Shown one piece after another: positions 44,269-54,353 of a stretch of 64,000 nucleotides of DNA. The first letter of the stretch is position 1. Every line of letters begins with the position of its first letter. Below the pieces are notes generated by a model that saw nothing but the letters and a program-made list of their open reading frames with translations, was not told the DNA's origin and did not search any database. The translations under genes and the position numbers were made by a program. The DNA comes from a virus: positions 32,001 to 96,000 of the IMG/VR virus record IMGVR_UViG_3300012944_000001; one strand, written 5' to 3'.

Positions 44269-45093
44269 ATGGCATTTACCGTGCAGGATATTATTAACAG
44301 AGTCCGAATAGAGTTAGGGGATACTGGCGCACCTTTCTCCGACACCTTTCTTGGTACAGGAATGCTTTCTACCTATGACTTAACTGAGTTCAATATATGG
44401 AATGAAACAGTGACGTGGATTAGAAATCAATCCCCTGTTCTTCTTGTAAAAAATACTGACTATACCATGAACTACCAAGAAGGACGTATATTTCTTACAG
44501 GAATTCCTTCACCTCTCCCACAAGGAGATACCTTGGTAGTATCTGGCCAAGCCAGCGGTATGTTCTCTGATGAAGAATTAGGATCATTTGTTAACGATGC
44601 CGTTCTTCAACATGCACATGGAAGAACAGTAAAAACTAGATTCAAAGATTCTAATGGCTTCATAAAGTATGTAACAGTACCTATGGATCTATCAAATCTT
44701 CCTGACGTAGAAGGTACCTTAGTTGCTTTGAGAGCAACAATTGATGCGCTATGGTCTCTAGCAACAGATGCAAGTACTGATATTGATATTTCCAGCGCAG
44801 ACGGAACTTCTGTTCCTCGTAGTCAGCGTTACCATCAGTTGCGTGAGCAGATTGATGGTATGACCGATAGATACAATCAGTTATGCGCTATGATGAATAT
44901 TGGACTTAATGCTATTGAAATGTCCAAGATAAGAAGAGTATCTAAGACTACCAACCGTCTTGTTCCGATCTTTGAGGACAGAGAATACGACGACTACGAA
45001 TTACCACGTCGCCAGTTGCCTCCAATTGATAATCGTGATGAAGACGAATCCAACCTGCAATCTCCTGTCTTTGGTGGAATGTGGGGACTATAA
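44269..45093 (+). CDS. Head-to-tail adaptor
   Basis: RVRIELGD...FSDEEL..F motif; synteny. Confidence 0.7.
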   Translation: MAFTVQDIINRVRIELGDTGAPFSDTFLGTGMLSTYDLTEFNIWNETVTWIRNQSPVLLVKNTDYTMNYQEGRIFLTGIPSPLPQGDTLVVSGQASGMFSDEELGSFVNDAVLQHAHGRTVKTRFKDSNGFIKYVTVPMDLSNLPDVEGTLVALRATIDALWSLATDASTDIDISSADGTSVPRSQRYHQLREQIDGMTDRYNQLCAMMNIGLNAIEMSKIRRVSKTTNRLVPIFEDREYDDYELPRRQLPPIDNRDEDESNLQSPVFGGMWGL

Positions 45094-45129
45094 ATTGATG
45101 AAGACCCTTATAGACAAGGATGTATCCCT

Positions 45130-45885
45130 ATGGGAAGAATAGGTTGGAAAGGTGGACGCTTTTCCGTAGACTTTGAAACATCCGAAATCTATAAGGGTCT
45201 TCGTGATTGGCAGCGATGGACTGGAGATAATGTTTATTATTTCAGATTCGCCTATGATCAATCCAGCGTAGATCCTGTATATGGAGAAGCGGACTCCCCT
45301 ATGGGACGAGTTTACTTTGGCCCTAATTTGATTCCCGCTCTTCACGTTATCCATATTGAAGGAGATAACGATAATACAGAAGACGGTTTTTACTACAATG
45401 ATCGTGCACATATAACATTGTCTTTTGATCAACTAAAACGTACTGGCCTAGATCGCATGGATTTGAATACGCAGAATTACTTAAAAGACAGATTTATATA
45501 TGATACTAAAGTATTTCGTGTAACAAGTGTTCAGATTCTAGGACAGATTCAACAAAAAGATATAATTGTATCAATTGATGCTACTCAGGTAAAGCCTGAT
45601 GAAATGGTCAATGATCTTCAATTTGCTCAATATGTATCTCCCAATGACAAGCAGTTCTCTCAGAGATTCAGTCTTAACGACGCAGTCTACGATCCTTACG
45701 TCAGTGGTCAAGGTATGTATCCTTTGAACTACTCTCACGCTTCTCCCGCTGGTGCTATGAGTAAAGCACTACAGCAAGTATCACCTTCTCTCCGCAGTAC
45801 TGTATATGCTCCACCAATTATCTTGGTATATGGAGAAGGTTTTTATGGTGAAGGAGGTTATGGTGGCGGCCCCATTACATCTTAG
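45130..45885 (+). CDS. Head closure/stopper-like neck protein
   Basis: DPVYGE motif; synteny. Confidence 0.6.
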   Translation: MGRIGWKGGRFSVDFETSEIYKGLRDWQRWTGDNVYYFRFAYDQSSVDPVYGEADSPMGRVYFGPNLIPALHVIHIEGDNDNTEDGFYYNDRAHITLSFDQLKRTGLDRMDLNTQNYLKDRFIYDTKVFRVTSVQILGQIQQKDIIVSIDATQVKPDEMVNDLQFAQYVSPNDKQFSQRFSLNDAVYDPYVSGQGMYPLNYSHASPAGAMSKALQQVSPSLRSTVYAPPIILVYGEGFYGEGGYGGGPITS

Positions 45886-45897
45886 AAAAGGTATCTT

Positions 45898-48084
45898 ATG
45901 GCACTAGTACTACCTGTTCGCGGACAAGCGGATTGGGATATAGCCAATAACAACGCTTTGATATATCTTCAAAGTGCTATTAACGTTGCCTCCTCTCAAA
46001 TTAATGGAGTAACAGTATCTGGTACTCCAAATGTTGATGACGTAATAAAAGCTACCAGCTCTGTTACAGCGCATTGGGCCCCAGGAGGCGGAGCTGTTGG
46101 CGCCTTACTCGCAGCTAATAATTTATCTGATCTGCAAAGTGCTCCTACAGCTCGAACCAATCTTGGCCTAGGAACAGCCGCTACGGCCTCTTCTAGCGCC
46201 TTTGACGCAGCGGGGGCAGCAACCACCGCACAAACAAATGCAGGCTCTTACACGGACGCACAGATAGCTTCTGAGGTTACACGTGCTAATGCCGCTTATC
46301 TGGTCAAGGCAAGTAATTTAGCTGATTTAACAAATGCGGCAACCGCTAGAACTAACCTTGGATTAGGTACCGCTGCTACTCAAGCCAGCTCAGCATTTGA
46401 TGCTGCTGGTGCTGCTACAACAGCTCAAGCAAATGCTATAGCTGATGCTATTACTAAGTACATGCCTCTTCGTGCTGACATATTTGATGTTACTAAATAT
46501 GGCGCTAAGGGAGATGGACAATTCATTATTGATGGAGCTATTACTTCTGGACAAGCAGATCTTACATCTACCTCGGGAAAATTTGTTTCTGGGGATGTGG
46601 GTAAGTATATATTAATTAAAGGCGCTGCTAACTCTACAGTAACCTCTCTAGTGGCCCAGATTATTACTTTTGTAAATTCTAACCATGTAGTAATTAATAC
46701 AAATGCTGTAACAACAGTAACGAATGCTCTAGTGTTGTGGGCAACAAATGATACTGTTGCTATTCAGACAGCTATTAATGCTGCAACGGTATATGCCGCT
46801 GCTCATGGAACAGCCACAGTATTCTTTCCTACAGGTTCCGGATATTTCTACGGTATTGCTGGATCACTAGACACTACACATTCTGGAAACTCTCAACTAT
46901 ATCTAGCTCCTGTAGTTACTACAGCTAACAAATCCAATCTGATATTTCTAGGAGTAGGTAATGGCTCTGTTCTACAGCACTGGCTACAGAAAACTCCGCA
47001 ACTAAGCGGAAGTACTTTAGTATCCTTTGGCTTGTATGCAAACTCTACCGTTCAGAATAGTGATATAACTGCCCACGGAAATGCCTGTGTAATTGGCGGT
47101 CCAGCTCAACCTAGTGGTTATGGAACTTCTTCACTTCTGTTCAGCAATATGGGTGTGACGTTCAAGGATATATCTATTCTTGTTCCTCATAGTATGGGGG
47201 GCCTAAGTTATTCCGCTGGAGATATGTCAGGAGTTTCTAATTGTTGTTTATTTGATTTCGCTTACGGAACAGCAGGAGTAGTTCCTGACGGAGATTATGT
47301 CAATCCTAATCTCTTTGCCGCCGGACTATCTATTGGATGGTTGATGCCTGCCAATGGAAATAATGATTTGTGCACCGTAAGAAATGTCACTTGTCATGGT
47401 GGTTTTGTATTTGCTTTCTTTATGACAGAACATGCTGTAATTGATAGTATGAGAATTCTTTACTCTTGGTCCGCTTTATGTCCTATAAGTACATACTTTG
47501 GATCAGTAGGAGCTTCCCATGCTATGTGGGTAAATCAACTATCCGCAGAAGGCTGTGTCAACGAAGTGAATATCTTTGGTGCTGGGGTATCTGGTATAGG
47601 TCCGTTCCTAAATATCGATCAATTGGATACTGAACATAGTAATATTACTTTTACAGATAGAAATTCCGGAACAGCTTTAGCTGCCGCATTAGGTACAGTA
47701 AGACTTGTGGGATTATATACACCTTCCAATGTTACGGTTACAGCGCCTACTGGTCTAAAGATTATTGATGGACAAAGAGCTTATCCTTCTAAAACTGTAA
47801 CTGCTAATTATAATGTATCGGTTATTGATGAGACTATTTACGCAGATGCCACCGCTGGAGCAATAAATATTAATTTAACTAGTGCGCAATGGACACCTAA
47901 CACTTATACAATAGTAAAGACAGATTCCAGTGCCAACCATGTAAATGTAATAGCCCAGGGCGGACAAACTATTATAGGTACTATAGGTTTGGGCACAGGT
48001 ACAGCAGCATTGACTAGTCAATATCAGAAAATAAAAGTGGCACCACAAGGCGGTATAAATACTAATTGGTACGAAGTACTATAA
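45898..48084 (+). CDS. Fibre/spike protein with pectin-lyase-like region
   Basis: FDVTKYGAKGDG...DTVAIQTAIN...VFFPTG; two NLSDL..ARTNLGL repeats. Confidence 0.75.
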   Translation: MALVLPVRGQADWDIANNNALIYLQSAINVASSQINGVTVSGTPNVDDVIKATSSVTAHWAPGGGAVGALLAANNLSDLQSAPTARTNLGLGTAATASSSAFDAAGAATTAQTNAGSYTDAQIASEVTRANAAYLVKASNLADLTNAATARTNLGLGTAATQASSAFDAAGAATTAQANAIADAITKYMPLRADIFDVTKYGAKGDGQFIIDGAITSGQADLTSTSGKFVSGDVGKYILIKGAANSTVTSLVAQIITFVNSNHVVINTNAVTTVTNALVLWATNDTVAIQTAINAATVYAAAHGTATVFFPTGSGYFYGIAGSLDTTHSGNSQLYLAPVVTTANKSNLIFLGVGNGSVLQHWLQKTPQLSGSTLVSFGLYANSTVQNSDITAHGNACVIGGPAQPSGYGTSSLLFSNMGVTFKDISILVPHSMGGLSYSAGDMSGVSNCCLFDFAYGTAGVVPDGDYVNPNLFAAGLSIGWLMPANGNNDLCTVRNVTCHGGFVFAFFMTEHAVIDSMRILYSWSALCPISTYFGSVGASHAMWVNQLSAEGCVNEVNIFGAGVSGIGPFLNIDQLDTEHSNITFTDRNSGTALAAALGTVRLVGLYTPSNVTVTAPTGLKIIDGQRAYPSKTVTANYNVSVIDETIYADATAGAININLTSAQWTPNTYTIVKTDSSANHVNVIAQGGQTIIGTIGLGTGTAALTSQYQKIKVAPQGGINTNWYEVL
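46114..46428 (+). repeat. Two 40-aa (120-nt) coding repeats in the fibre gene
   Basis: 46114-46233 and 46309-46428: NLxDL...TARTNLGLGTAAT.xSSAFDAAGAATTAQ. Confidence 0.85.
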
Positions 48085-48099
48085 GGATAGGAAAACAAT

Positions 48100-50019
48100 A
48101 TGACTTTTACTCCCATTGTTAAAGGAACACCTAATTGGGATGTTCCTTTAAACAGTGCGCTAACTTCGTTAGAAAATGAAATAACCGCTGGTGCTTCTGT
48201 TATCAATGGTGTAACAGTAACTAATACACCTGTTACTAACAATATTCTTACCGCAACAGGCCCTACTACTGCCGCCTGGACTACTACTCCTTTTCCTTCT
48301 TCCGCAGTAGTTCAAGTACCAGCTCCTACAGGAGTAGCCGCCACAGATCAAACAAACATTAATAATGCCATAGCTACTCTTCCTTCTGGGGGAGGAATAG
48401 TACAACTACAAGCAGGTACCTACGTAGTGCCCGCACCCGGATCCGCCTCTAGTGGTTGTGTAAACATGTCAGTCAATAATTCAGTATTGGCAGGCATGGG
48501 CATGGGAGTAACTACTATCAAACTGGCGGCAGGGTCTACCGGAGTTACTGGAATTGCCAGAACACCTTCTGCTGTAGCCAATTCTAAAATTACATTTAAA
48601 GATTTTACTATCGATGGAAACGCAGCCAACCAAACAGGCACACCTGTTATTGTAGGTTTTTTCTGTGGAGTAACGCCCAATAGTACTGCGACTGATACAG
48701 ACATAGCCGTAATTCGTGTAGAGATTATGAACTGTACTGGTTATGGTTTTGATCCACATGAAAGAACAACACGCCTATATATGCTTGGATGTATATCACA
48801 TAATAATGGTACTGATGGTGCCCATGATGGTTTCACTTTAGATGCTTGTTATGATTCTCAGATCATAGGGTGTGTAAGTTACTCTAATGGACGTCATGGC
48901 TTTAATTTAGTTACTGCCTCTAACTCAGTACAATTAATAGGTTGTGAATCCTATAGCAATTCTGGTGCAGGAATAGTATTACAGAATGGTTCCAAAAATA
49001 CTATTATTACTAGTTGCAAAGTACGTAATAATACTTTAGAGGGAATTCTTATTAATGGATTACCACAATCGGGGCAGCAAGATAATACTCCTGGTGCCAG
49101 CAATTCTGTAAAATCTAATGAGATTTTACTATCAGGTACTCACGGTATTCACATAGTTGGTGGAAGTTATAATCATATCTCCGGAAATACTGTAAGAGAT
49201 TCTTCTCAAACTACTACTAATACTTCTAATCAAATTTATTTAGATGAATCTGGAACAACATATTCTACATATAATACTGTTACAGACAATGATCTAAACG
49301 TAAGCGGTGTTACGAATGCTCCTAAATACGGTATATTTGAGAAGACAGTCAATGAAGATTTTAATTTCGTATTTGGTAACAGAAGTCTAGGCGCTGTAAC
49401 TTCGCAAATCTTGTTGGCAGGAACCACATCTGTACGCCTTGCCGCACACAACGGAGTCAATGAGCACCCTGTTACTACTCCTTATGTGCAAGATATTCCT
49501 TCCATGCACGGATTACTTGAATGGCCTTTTGCTACTTCACAAGCTGGAGGTAGCAGCACTTTAAGTAAGGGACAGATAACTTTACAACGTATAACATCGC
49601 AAACTGGTGGAACTATATCTAATGTAGCATTCAACGTAGTTACTGCCGCAGCCGGATTAGCTACTAGTTTTATAGGAATTTATAGTGCTGACGGACAAAC
49701 ATTACTAGCACAGTCTGCTGATTTTTCTAGCACAGTTGGGACAAGCACCGGTTCTTTCACTATCCCGCTTACTGCTTCTTTTGTACTAAGTCCTGGCCAA
49801 GTTGTTCTTGTAGGAATACTTGTAGGAAATGCAACCACTACAGCCTTCGGGCCAGCGAGAGCAGCCACAGGTGCTAATACTAAGAACTACGGACTTACTA
49901 CAGCTTCTCCATTGATGACTTCTACCTTCGGTACCACTTTGACCGCACTGCCTTCTACAATAACTTTGGCATCTACAAGCGGTACCGGTGCTGTTGACTT
50001 CTGGTTCGGGCTTAAATAA
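48100..50019 (+). CDS. Right-handed beta-helix spike protein (possible glycan depolymerase)
   Basis: DQTNINNAI...GGIVQLQAGTY; repeated CxSxxNGxxG coils. Confidence 0.8.
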   Translation: MTFTPIVKGTPNWDVPLNSALTSLENEITAGASVINGVTVTNTPVTNNILTATGPTTAAWTTTPFPSSAVVQVPAPTGVAATDQTNINNAIATLPSGGGIVQLQAGTYVVPAPGSASSGCVNMSVNNSVLAGMGMGVTTIKLAAGSTGVTGIARTPSAVANSKITFKDFTIDGNAANQTGTPVIVGFFCGVTPNSTATDTDIAVIRVEIMNCTGYGFDPHERTTRLYMLGCISHNNGTDGAHDGFTLDACYDSQIIGCVSYSNGRHGFNLVTASNSVQLIGCESYSNSGAGIVLQNGSKNTIITSCKVRNNTLEGILINGLPQSGQQDNTPGASNSVKSNEILLSGTHGIHIVGGSYNHISGNTVRDSSQTTTNTSNQIYLDESGTTYSTYNTVTDNDLNVSGVTNAPKYGIFEKTVNEDFNFVFGNRSLGAVTSQILLAGTTSVRLAAHNGVNEHPVTTPYVQDIPSMHGLLEWPFATSQAGGSSTLSKGQITLQRITSQTGGTISNVAFNVVTAAAGLATSFIGIYSADGQTLLAQSADFSSTVGTSTGSFTIPLTASFVLSPGQVVLVGILVGNATTTAFGPARAATGANTKNYGLTTASPLMTSTFGTTLTALPSTITLASTSGTGAVDFWFGLK

Positions 50020-50043
50020 TACATATTAATGTAGGGGTTGTGC

Positions 50044-50664
50044 ATGTTTATCTTTAATGAAGACAGAGCCATGAAGAATAAGTTTTCTAATTTGGTTGTA
50101 CAAGATGTAAATGCTCCAGATATGGGATCACCTGTGCAAGTCATATGGTTGGACGCTGATGTAGAACTTACTAATCTGACCTATCCTTCTATCATTGTTG
50201 CTAATACTGGATTATCGTTTGCCGAGGATAGAGCTCATTCAGGCTGGTTTCAACTTCCTTATACTCCTGAAAATTTTGATCAATGGATAAGTGATAGTAC
50301 AGAAGATGTAACGCAAAGTCCTTATTGGGCTTTCACACCTATACCGTATAATATTGATTATCAAATAGAAATATTAGCAAGAAACAATAAACACTCTACT
50401 TTCCTTTCTGCCATACTATCTGGTCCAGACTTTCTTAGTGTGCGTCATGGGTATCTAGCTATTCCAGAAGATGGCACAGTACGTAGACTAGATCTTATGT
50501 CTGGGCCAGAAAGACAAAGTACGCATGATACGGACGGGAAGAGAATTTTCCACACAATTTATACGGTAAGAGTTTCTACGGAACTATTGCCTGTCGAGAT
50601 TGATGCCTATTCAAAGGTTACGAAAGTTGTGGATACTATTACTGTTCTTCCACCTGTAATATAG
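50044..50664 (+). CDS. Tail terminator-like protein
   Basis: YPSII...PIPYNIDYQIEI; immediately upstream of the sheath. Confidence 0.65.
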   Translation: MFIFNEDRAMKNKFSNLVVQDVNAPDMGSPVQVIWLDADVELTNLTYPSIIVANTGLSFAEDRAHSGWFQLPYTPENFDQWISDSTEDVTQSPYWAFTPIPYNIDYQIEILARNNKHSTFLSAILSGPDFLSVRHGYLAIPEDGTVRRLDLMSGPERQSTHDTDGKRIFHTIYTVRVSTELLPVEIDAYSKVTKVVDTITVLPPVI

Positions 50665-50698
50665 CTATCCATAATTATCAATTAGCTAGGAGATATTA

Positions 50699-52600
50699 AT
50701 GACTTATCAGCGTCCTGGTGTATATGTAAATACATCCTTGACTCCGCTGTCTACAGGAACAGTAAATCCTGGACAGTCAACGGCTGCTTTTGTAGGTGTC
50801 CATACTCAGGGACCAACACAGCCAACCCTTATTAAAAGTTGGAATGACTTCTTAAACATCTATGGTGGTTTCGGCACAGCCGCAAACTATTTACCTTTTG
50901 CTGTTTGGCAGTATTTCAATAACAACGGTAATCAGTGTTATGTAGTAAGAGCAGCCGCATCAGATGCTGTGACAGCCACACAGACGCTCAATGACCGTGA
51001 AGTAGGTACTGGAGGTATTCTTCCTCCCACAGGCGTTTCAGCTACTCCTGCGGGTACTGTAACTCCTTCCTACACATATGAGTACACAGTAACTGCGGTA
51101 AATGCCAGCGGGGAAACAAACGGTGGAGTACCAGCAACAGCGGTCGCCAACCAAGTACTGACAAGCTCTAACCATGTAACCGTTGGTTGGACTGCCGTTA
51201 CCGCTGCTACGGGTTATAAAATCTATCGTCGTAACTTGACAACTGGCGGTGTACTAGCTACTCCCCTATTACTAAGTGCTGTGTCTGGCCAATCTACTGT
51301 TACCTTTACGGATGATGGTAGTTTTACACCAATGACTAGCATTCCTTTATACAACACAACTGGTACAGCGGTACCTATCTTAAAAATTAGTTGTGTGTCT
51401 GTAGGTGTCTGGGGTAACAGTGTTTATATAGATATCACAGATAGCGTAACGGGTAATGGTAGATTTAATCTAACAGTTCGTTACGGCGGAACTGCCGATT
51501 CTAATATCGTTGAACGATTCTTAGATATAACAATGAATCGTACAGATCAACGTTACGCAGTGTCTATGCTTAACTCCACCTTGCTGGGTTCAAAGTATAT
51601 TCAAGCTGTGGATTTGGGCGCATACACTACATGGAATACTGCTATTACTCCAAAGACACAAAGTCCCATTGCTCTTGCTAGCGGTTCTGATGGTTCAGCT
51701 ACACCAAGTCTTCTTACTGCTACACAGACACTTTCTACAATTCAGGGAAATCTAGATCTAAATCTACCTGCCGTTACTGATACTACAATTCTTAATCCTA
51801 TTCTTGCCTGGACTGAGGCACAGCCAAATATCTTTACAGTCGTAGATGTTCCAAGAGCTCTTATAGGAGCCGATGGTGTTACTCCAAATGAAGCAGCTAC
51901 AGTAAATGAATACTTAGCTATGGTATTAGGCAACTCACAGATTACGCCTTCCGCTGCGGTATCTCTATATGGTCCTTGGGTACAAGTACCAGATCCTATC
52001 TCTGCTACTCCGGGAGCCACAAGAGTTCTTCCGCCAGGAGGAGCTGTACTAGGTCTGTACTCTCAGACAGACGGTTTGTACGGTGTACAGAAGTCTCCTG
52101 CCGGGGTAACTATTCCTCTACAACGAGTAGCGGGAACAGAGTTAGCTTTCCAGAATAGTAATCTGGATACTCTTAACTCTAATGGTGTGAATGTTATCCG
52201 TAATGTTTCTTCTTATGGATTCTGCGTAATGGGTGCCAGAACACTTCTTACTAACTTGCCTAGTCGTTATGTCTCTATTGAACGTACGCTGATGAATGTT
52301 CAATTCACCCTTACAGGGCTTACTCAGTTTGCAGTATTCGAGAATAACAATCCAACATTGTGGGCTACACTTAGTGCAGTAGTAAGTCAGTACCTACAGG
52401 GAATTTGGCAGCAAGGGGTTCTGCAAGGAGATACAGCCGAGCAAGCTTACTTTGTAGAGTGTGACTCTGGTAATAACACACCAACTTCCATTGCCGCTGG
52501 AGAGGTTCACGTACAGGTTGGTCTAGCTCTTAATAGCCCTGCTGAGTTCGTAGTAATCGATATCAACCAGATGGCTGCTTCTACTACAACTACAGCCTAA
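50699..52600 (+). CDS. Tail sheath protein
   Basis: YQRPGVYV, TAAFVG, LYGPW, LN..GVNVIR, GARTL, FENN...W, PAEFV. Confidence 0.95.
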   Translation: MTYQRPGVYVNTSLTPLSTGTVNPGQSTAAFVGVHTQGPTQPTLIKSWNDFLNIYGGFGTAANYLPFAVWQYFNNNGNQCYVVRAAASDAVTATQTLNDREVGTGGILPPTGVSATPAGTVTPSYTYEYTVTAVNASGETNGGVPATAVANQVLTSSNHVTVGWTAVTAATGYKIYRRNLTTGGVLATPLLLSAVSGQSTVTFTDDGSFTPMTSIPLYNTTGTAVPILKISCVSVGVWGNSVYIDITDSVTGNGRFNLTVRYGGTADSNIVERFLDITMNRTDQRYAVSMLNSTLLGSKYIQAVDLGAYTTWNTAITPKTQSPIALASGSDGSATPSLLTATQTLSTIQGNLDLNLPAVTDTTILNPILAWTEAQPNIFTVVDVPRALIGADGVTPNEAATVNEYLAMVLGNSQITPSAAVSLYGPWVQVPDPISATPGATRVLPPGGAVLGLYSQTDGLYGVQKSPAGVTIPLQRVAGTELAFQNSNLDTLNSNGVNVIRNVSSYGFCVMGARTLLTNLPSRYVSIERTLMNVQFTLTGLTQFAVFENNNPTLWATLSAVVSQYLQGIWQQGVLQGDTAEQAYFVECDSGNNTPTSIAAGEVHVQVGLALNSPAEFVVIDINQMAASTTTTA

Positions 52601-52613
52601 GGAGATTAACTAA

Positions 52614-53189
52614 ATGGCTACTTCAATTGCCGCTCCGATTGCTAAGGCGACTCCTTCTATTGCTCACCTTGCTACGGACCCTCTAAGAAATTTCAAGTTT
52701 AATGTAAATATCATGCATCCTCATATTCGTGGTTTTGCCACAATGGGATTCATGACCGTTTCAGGTCTTAACATCACAACTGAGGTGATTCCATACCGTG
52801 AGGGTGGAATGAACACAACTACCCAGAAAATGCCTGGCCAGTCAGATTTTGCACCTATCACGTTAAGTCAGGGTGTTGCTGTAGGTTCGGGCCCTATGTG
52901 GCAATGGATGAAGGAACTCTTCACCGTTATGCAGGGAACTGGTACAGGTTCTCCTGGCCAGGATTTCCGTGCAACTATTGATGTAATGGTTCTTGATCAT
53001 CCAGTAACGACACCGCAGGTACCTGTCAAAGCCATCTATCGTATTTATAACGCATGGCCAACAAGTATCGCGTTCTCCGATTTAGATGCTGGAGCCAATG
53101 CGGTTCTTATGCAGCAGCTATCTCTAGCTCATGAAGGCTTTGACATGAAGCTCGCTAGCTCTATAGGACTAAATGGTGTAAGCTTTTAA
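52614..53189 (+). CDS. Tail tube protein (T4 gp19-like)
   Basis: DPLRNFKF, GF..VSGL, YREGG, ITLSQG, NAWP, LAHEG. Confidence 0.95.
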   Translation: MATSIAAPIAKATPSIAHLATDPLRNFKFNVNIMHPHIRGFATMGFMTVSGLNITTEVIPYREGGMNTTTQKMPGQSDFAPITLSQGVAVGSGPMWQWMKELFTVMQGTGTGSPGQDFRATIDVMVLDHPVTTPQVPVKAIYRIYNAWPTSIAFSDLDAGANAVLMQQLSLAHEGFDMKLASSIGLNGVSF

Positions 53190-53223
53190 TCAATAATTAT
53201 CCGTATCAATATCTGGAGATTTT

Positions 53224-54090
53224 ATGGAATACCAGCAGCCTGATTATTCACTGAGTTTTGATGACGATAAAGGGCAGGTAGTCAATGCGGCTGCCCCTGA
53301 CAATTTGAATGAATTAACAAAGAAGGTTCTTAATTCTCTCAATCCTGCCCCTGTCATTGATGATCTGCCTGATACTTTTGTAAAGCTACCTGCGGGCCTA
53401 CTGATAGATGGCGTGGTAATTCAAGAAGCAGAAATTCAGGAATTGACAGGAGAGCATGAAGAACTTCTAGCCAAGGCACGAACTTCTAGCAATCCTGCAA
53501 AGTATGTAAGTACGTTATTACAGTGTGGGACTTTATCTATTGGAGATAAGCCTGCTACTTCTGCTTTGCTAGAATCCATGATCCAAGGTGATTTGGATAT
53601 GCTTATGCTGGGAATTCGCAGAGCCACATTTGGAGATGAATTTGAGATCTTTAATGTTGATTGTCCTGTATGCGGAGAGTCTAATGATCTTACTATGAAT
53701 CTTAAGGATATTCCTGTAAAGAATGCAGAAGATCCTGAAATTCGTGACTTTATCGTGGAACTACGAAAGGGACGTAAGGCCCGAGTTCAATTCCCTATTG
53801 GAGCTACTCAGACTGAAATATTTAAGAAGCAATTATCTATACCAGAAATGAATAGTCTAAGTCTTGCCGCCTGTGTTATCTCCTTTATAAACGCGGATGG
53901 TACAGAGATTCTTTCCAAGGGTCTGGGAGACGTAAAGAAGTTAGGTGTATCAGATCGTAAAACATTACAAGATTACATCTATGATAATCAACCAGGACCT
54001 AGATACGATCAAGTAGTCGCACAATGCGCTACTTGTGAGGGCGAGGTTCCTGTCCCACTGAATGTGGGCATTCTGTTTCGGGAACTCTAA
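53224..54090 (+). CDS. Tail/baseplate assembly chaperone (T4 gp26-like, Zn-binding)
   Basis: ELTGEHEE, GD...L.GIRRATFG, CPVCG, CATC; between tube and tape measure. Confidence 0.7.
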   Translation: MEYQQPDYSLSFDDDKGQVVNAAAPDNLNELTKKVLNSLNPAPVIDDLPDTFVKLPAGLLIDGVVIQEAEIQELTGEHEELLAKARTSSNPAKYVSTLLQCGTLSIGDKPATSALLESMIQGDLDMLMLGIRRATFGDEFEIFNVDCPVCGESNDLTMNLKDIPVKNAEDPEIRDFIVELRKGRKARVQFPIGATQTEIFKKQLSIPEMNSLSLAACVISFINADGTEILSKGLGDVKKLGVSDRKTLQDYIYDNQPGPRYDQVVAQCATCEGEVPVPLNVGILFREL

Positions 54091-54316
54091 TTATCAAGCC
54101 CTTTATAAAGATTACGAACAGTTAGTAGAAGCATTTGCTTGGTCTGTATCTGAATCACGAAAGCTTACCTATAGAGAACGTAGACATTGGGTTAGCAGAT
54201 ATGTGCATAAGTTACAGCAGGAATATGAAAAAATGCATCAACTTAATAACTCTACTCAAGTCACCGTGAGATCCGTAGGGCAAGGAGTTACTTTCGGAGG
54301 AATGCCGTATAGGTAA
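54062..54316 (+). CDS. Second tail assembly chaperone ORF (possible frameshift partner)
   Basis: WSVSESRKLTYRERRHW motif; overlaps the upstream ORF in the +1 frame. Confidence 0.6.
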   Translation: MWAFCFGNSNYQALYKDYEQLVEAFAWSVSESRKLTYRERRHWVSRYVHKLQQEYEKMHQLNNSTQVTVRSVGQGVTFGGMPYR

Positions 54317-54353
54317 TATAATGAAAGTAACAAACTAGCTTAGGAGATCTCAA

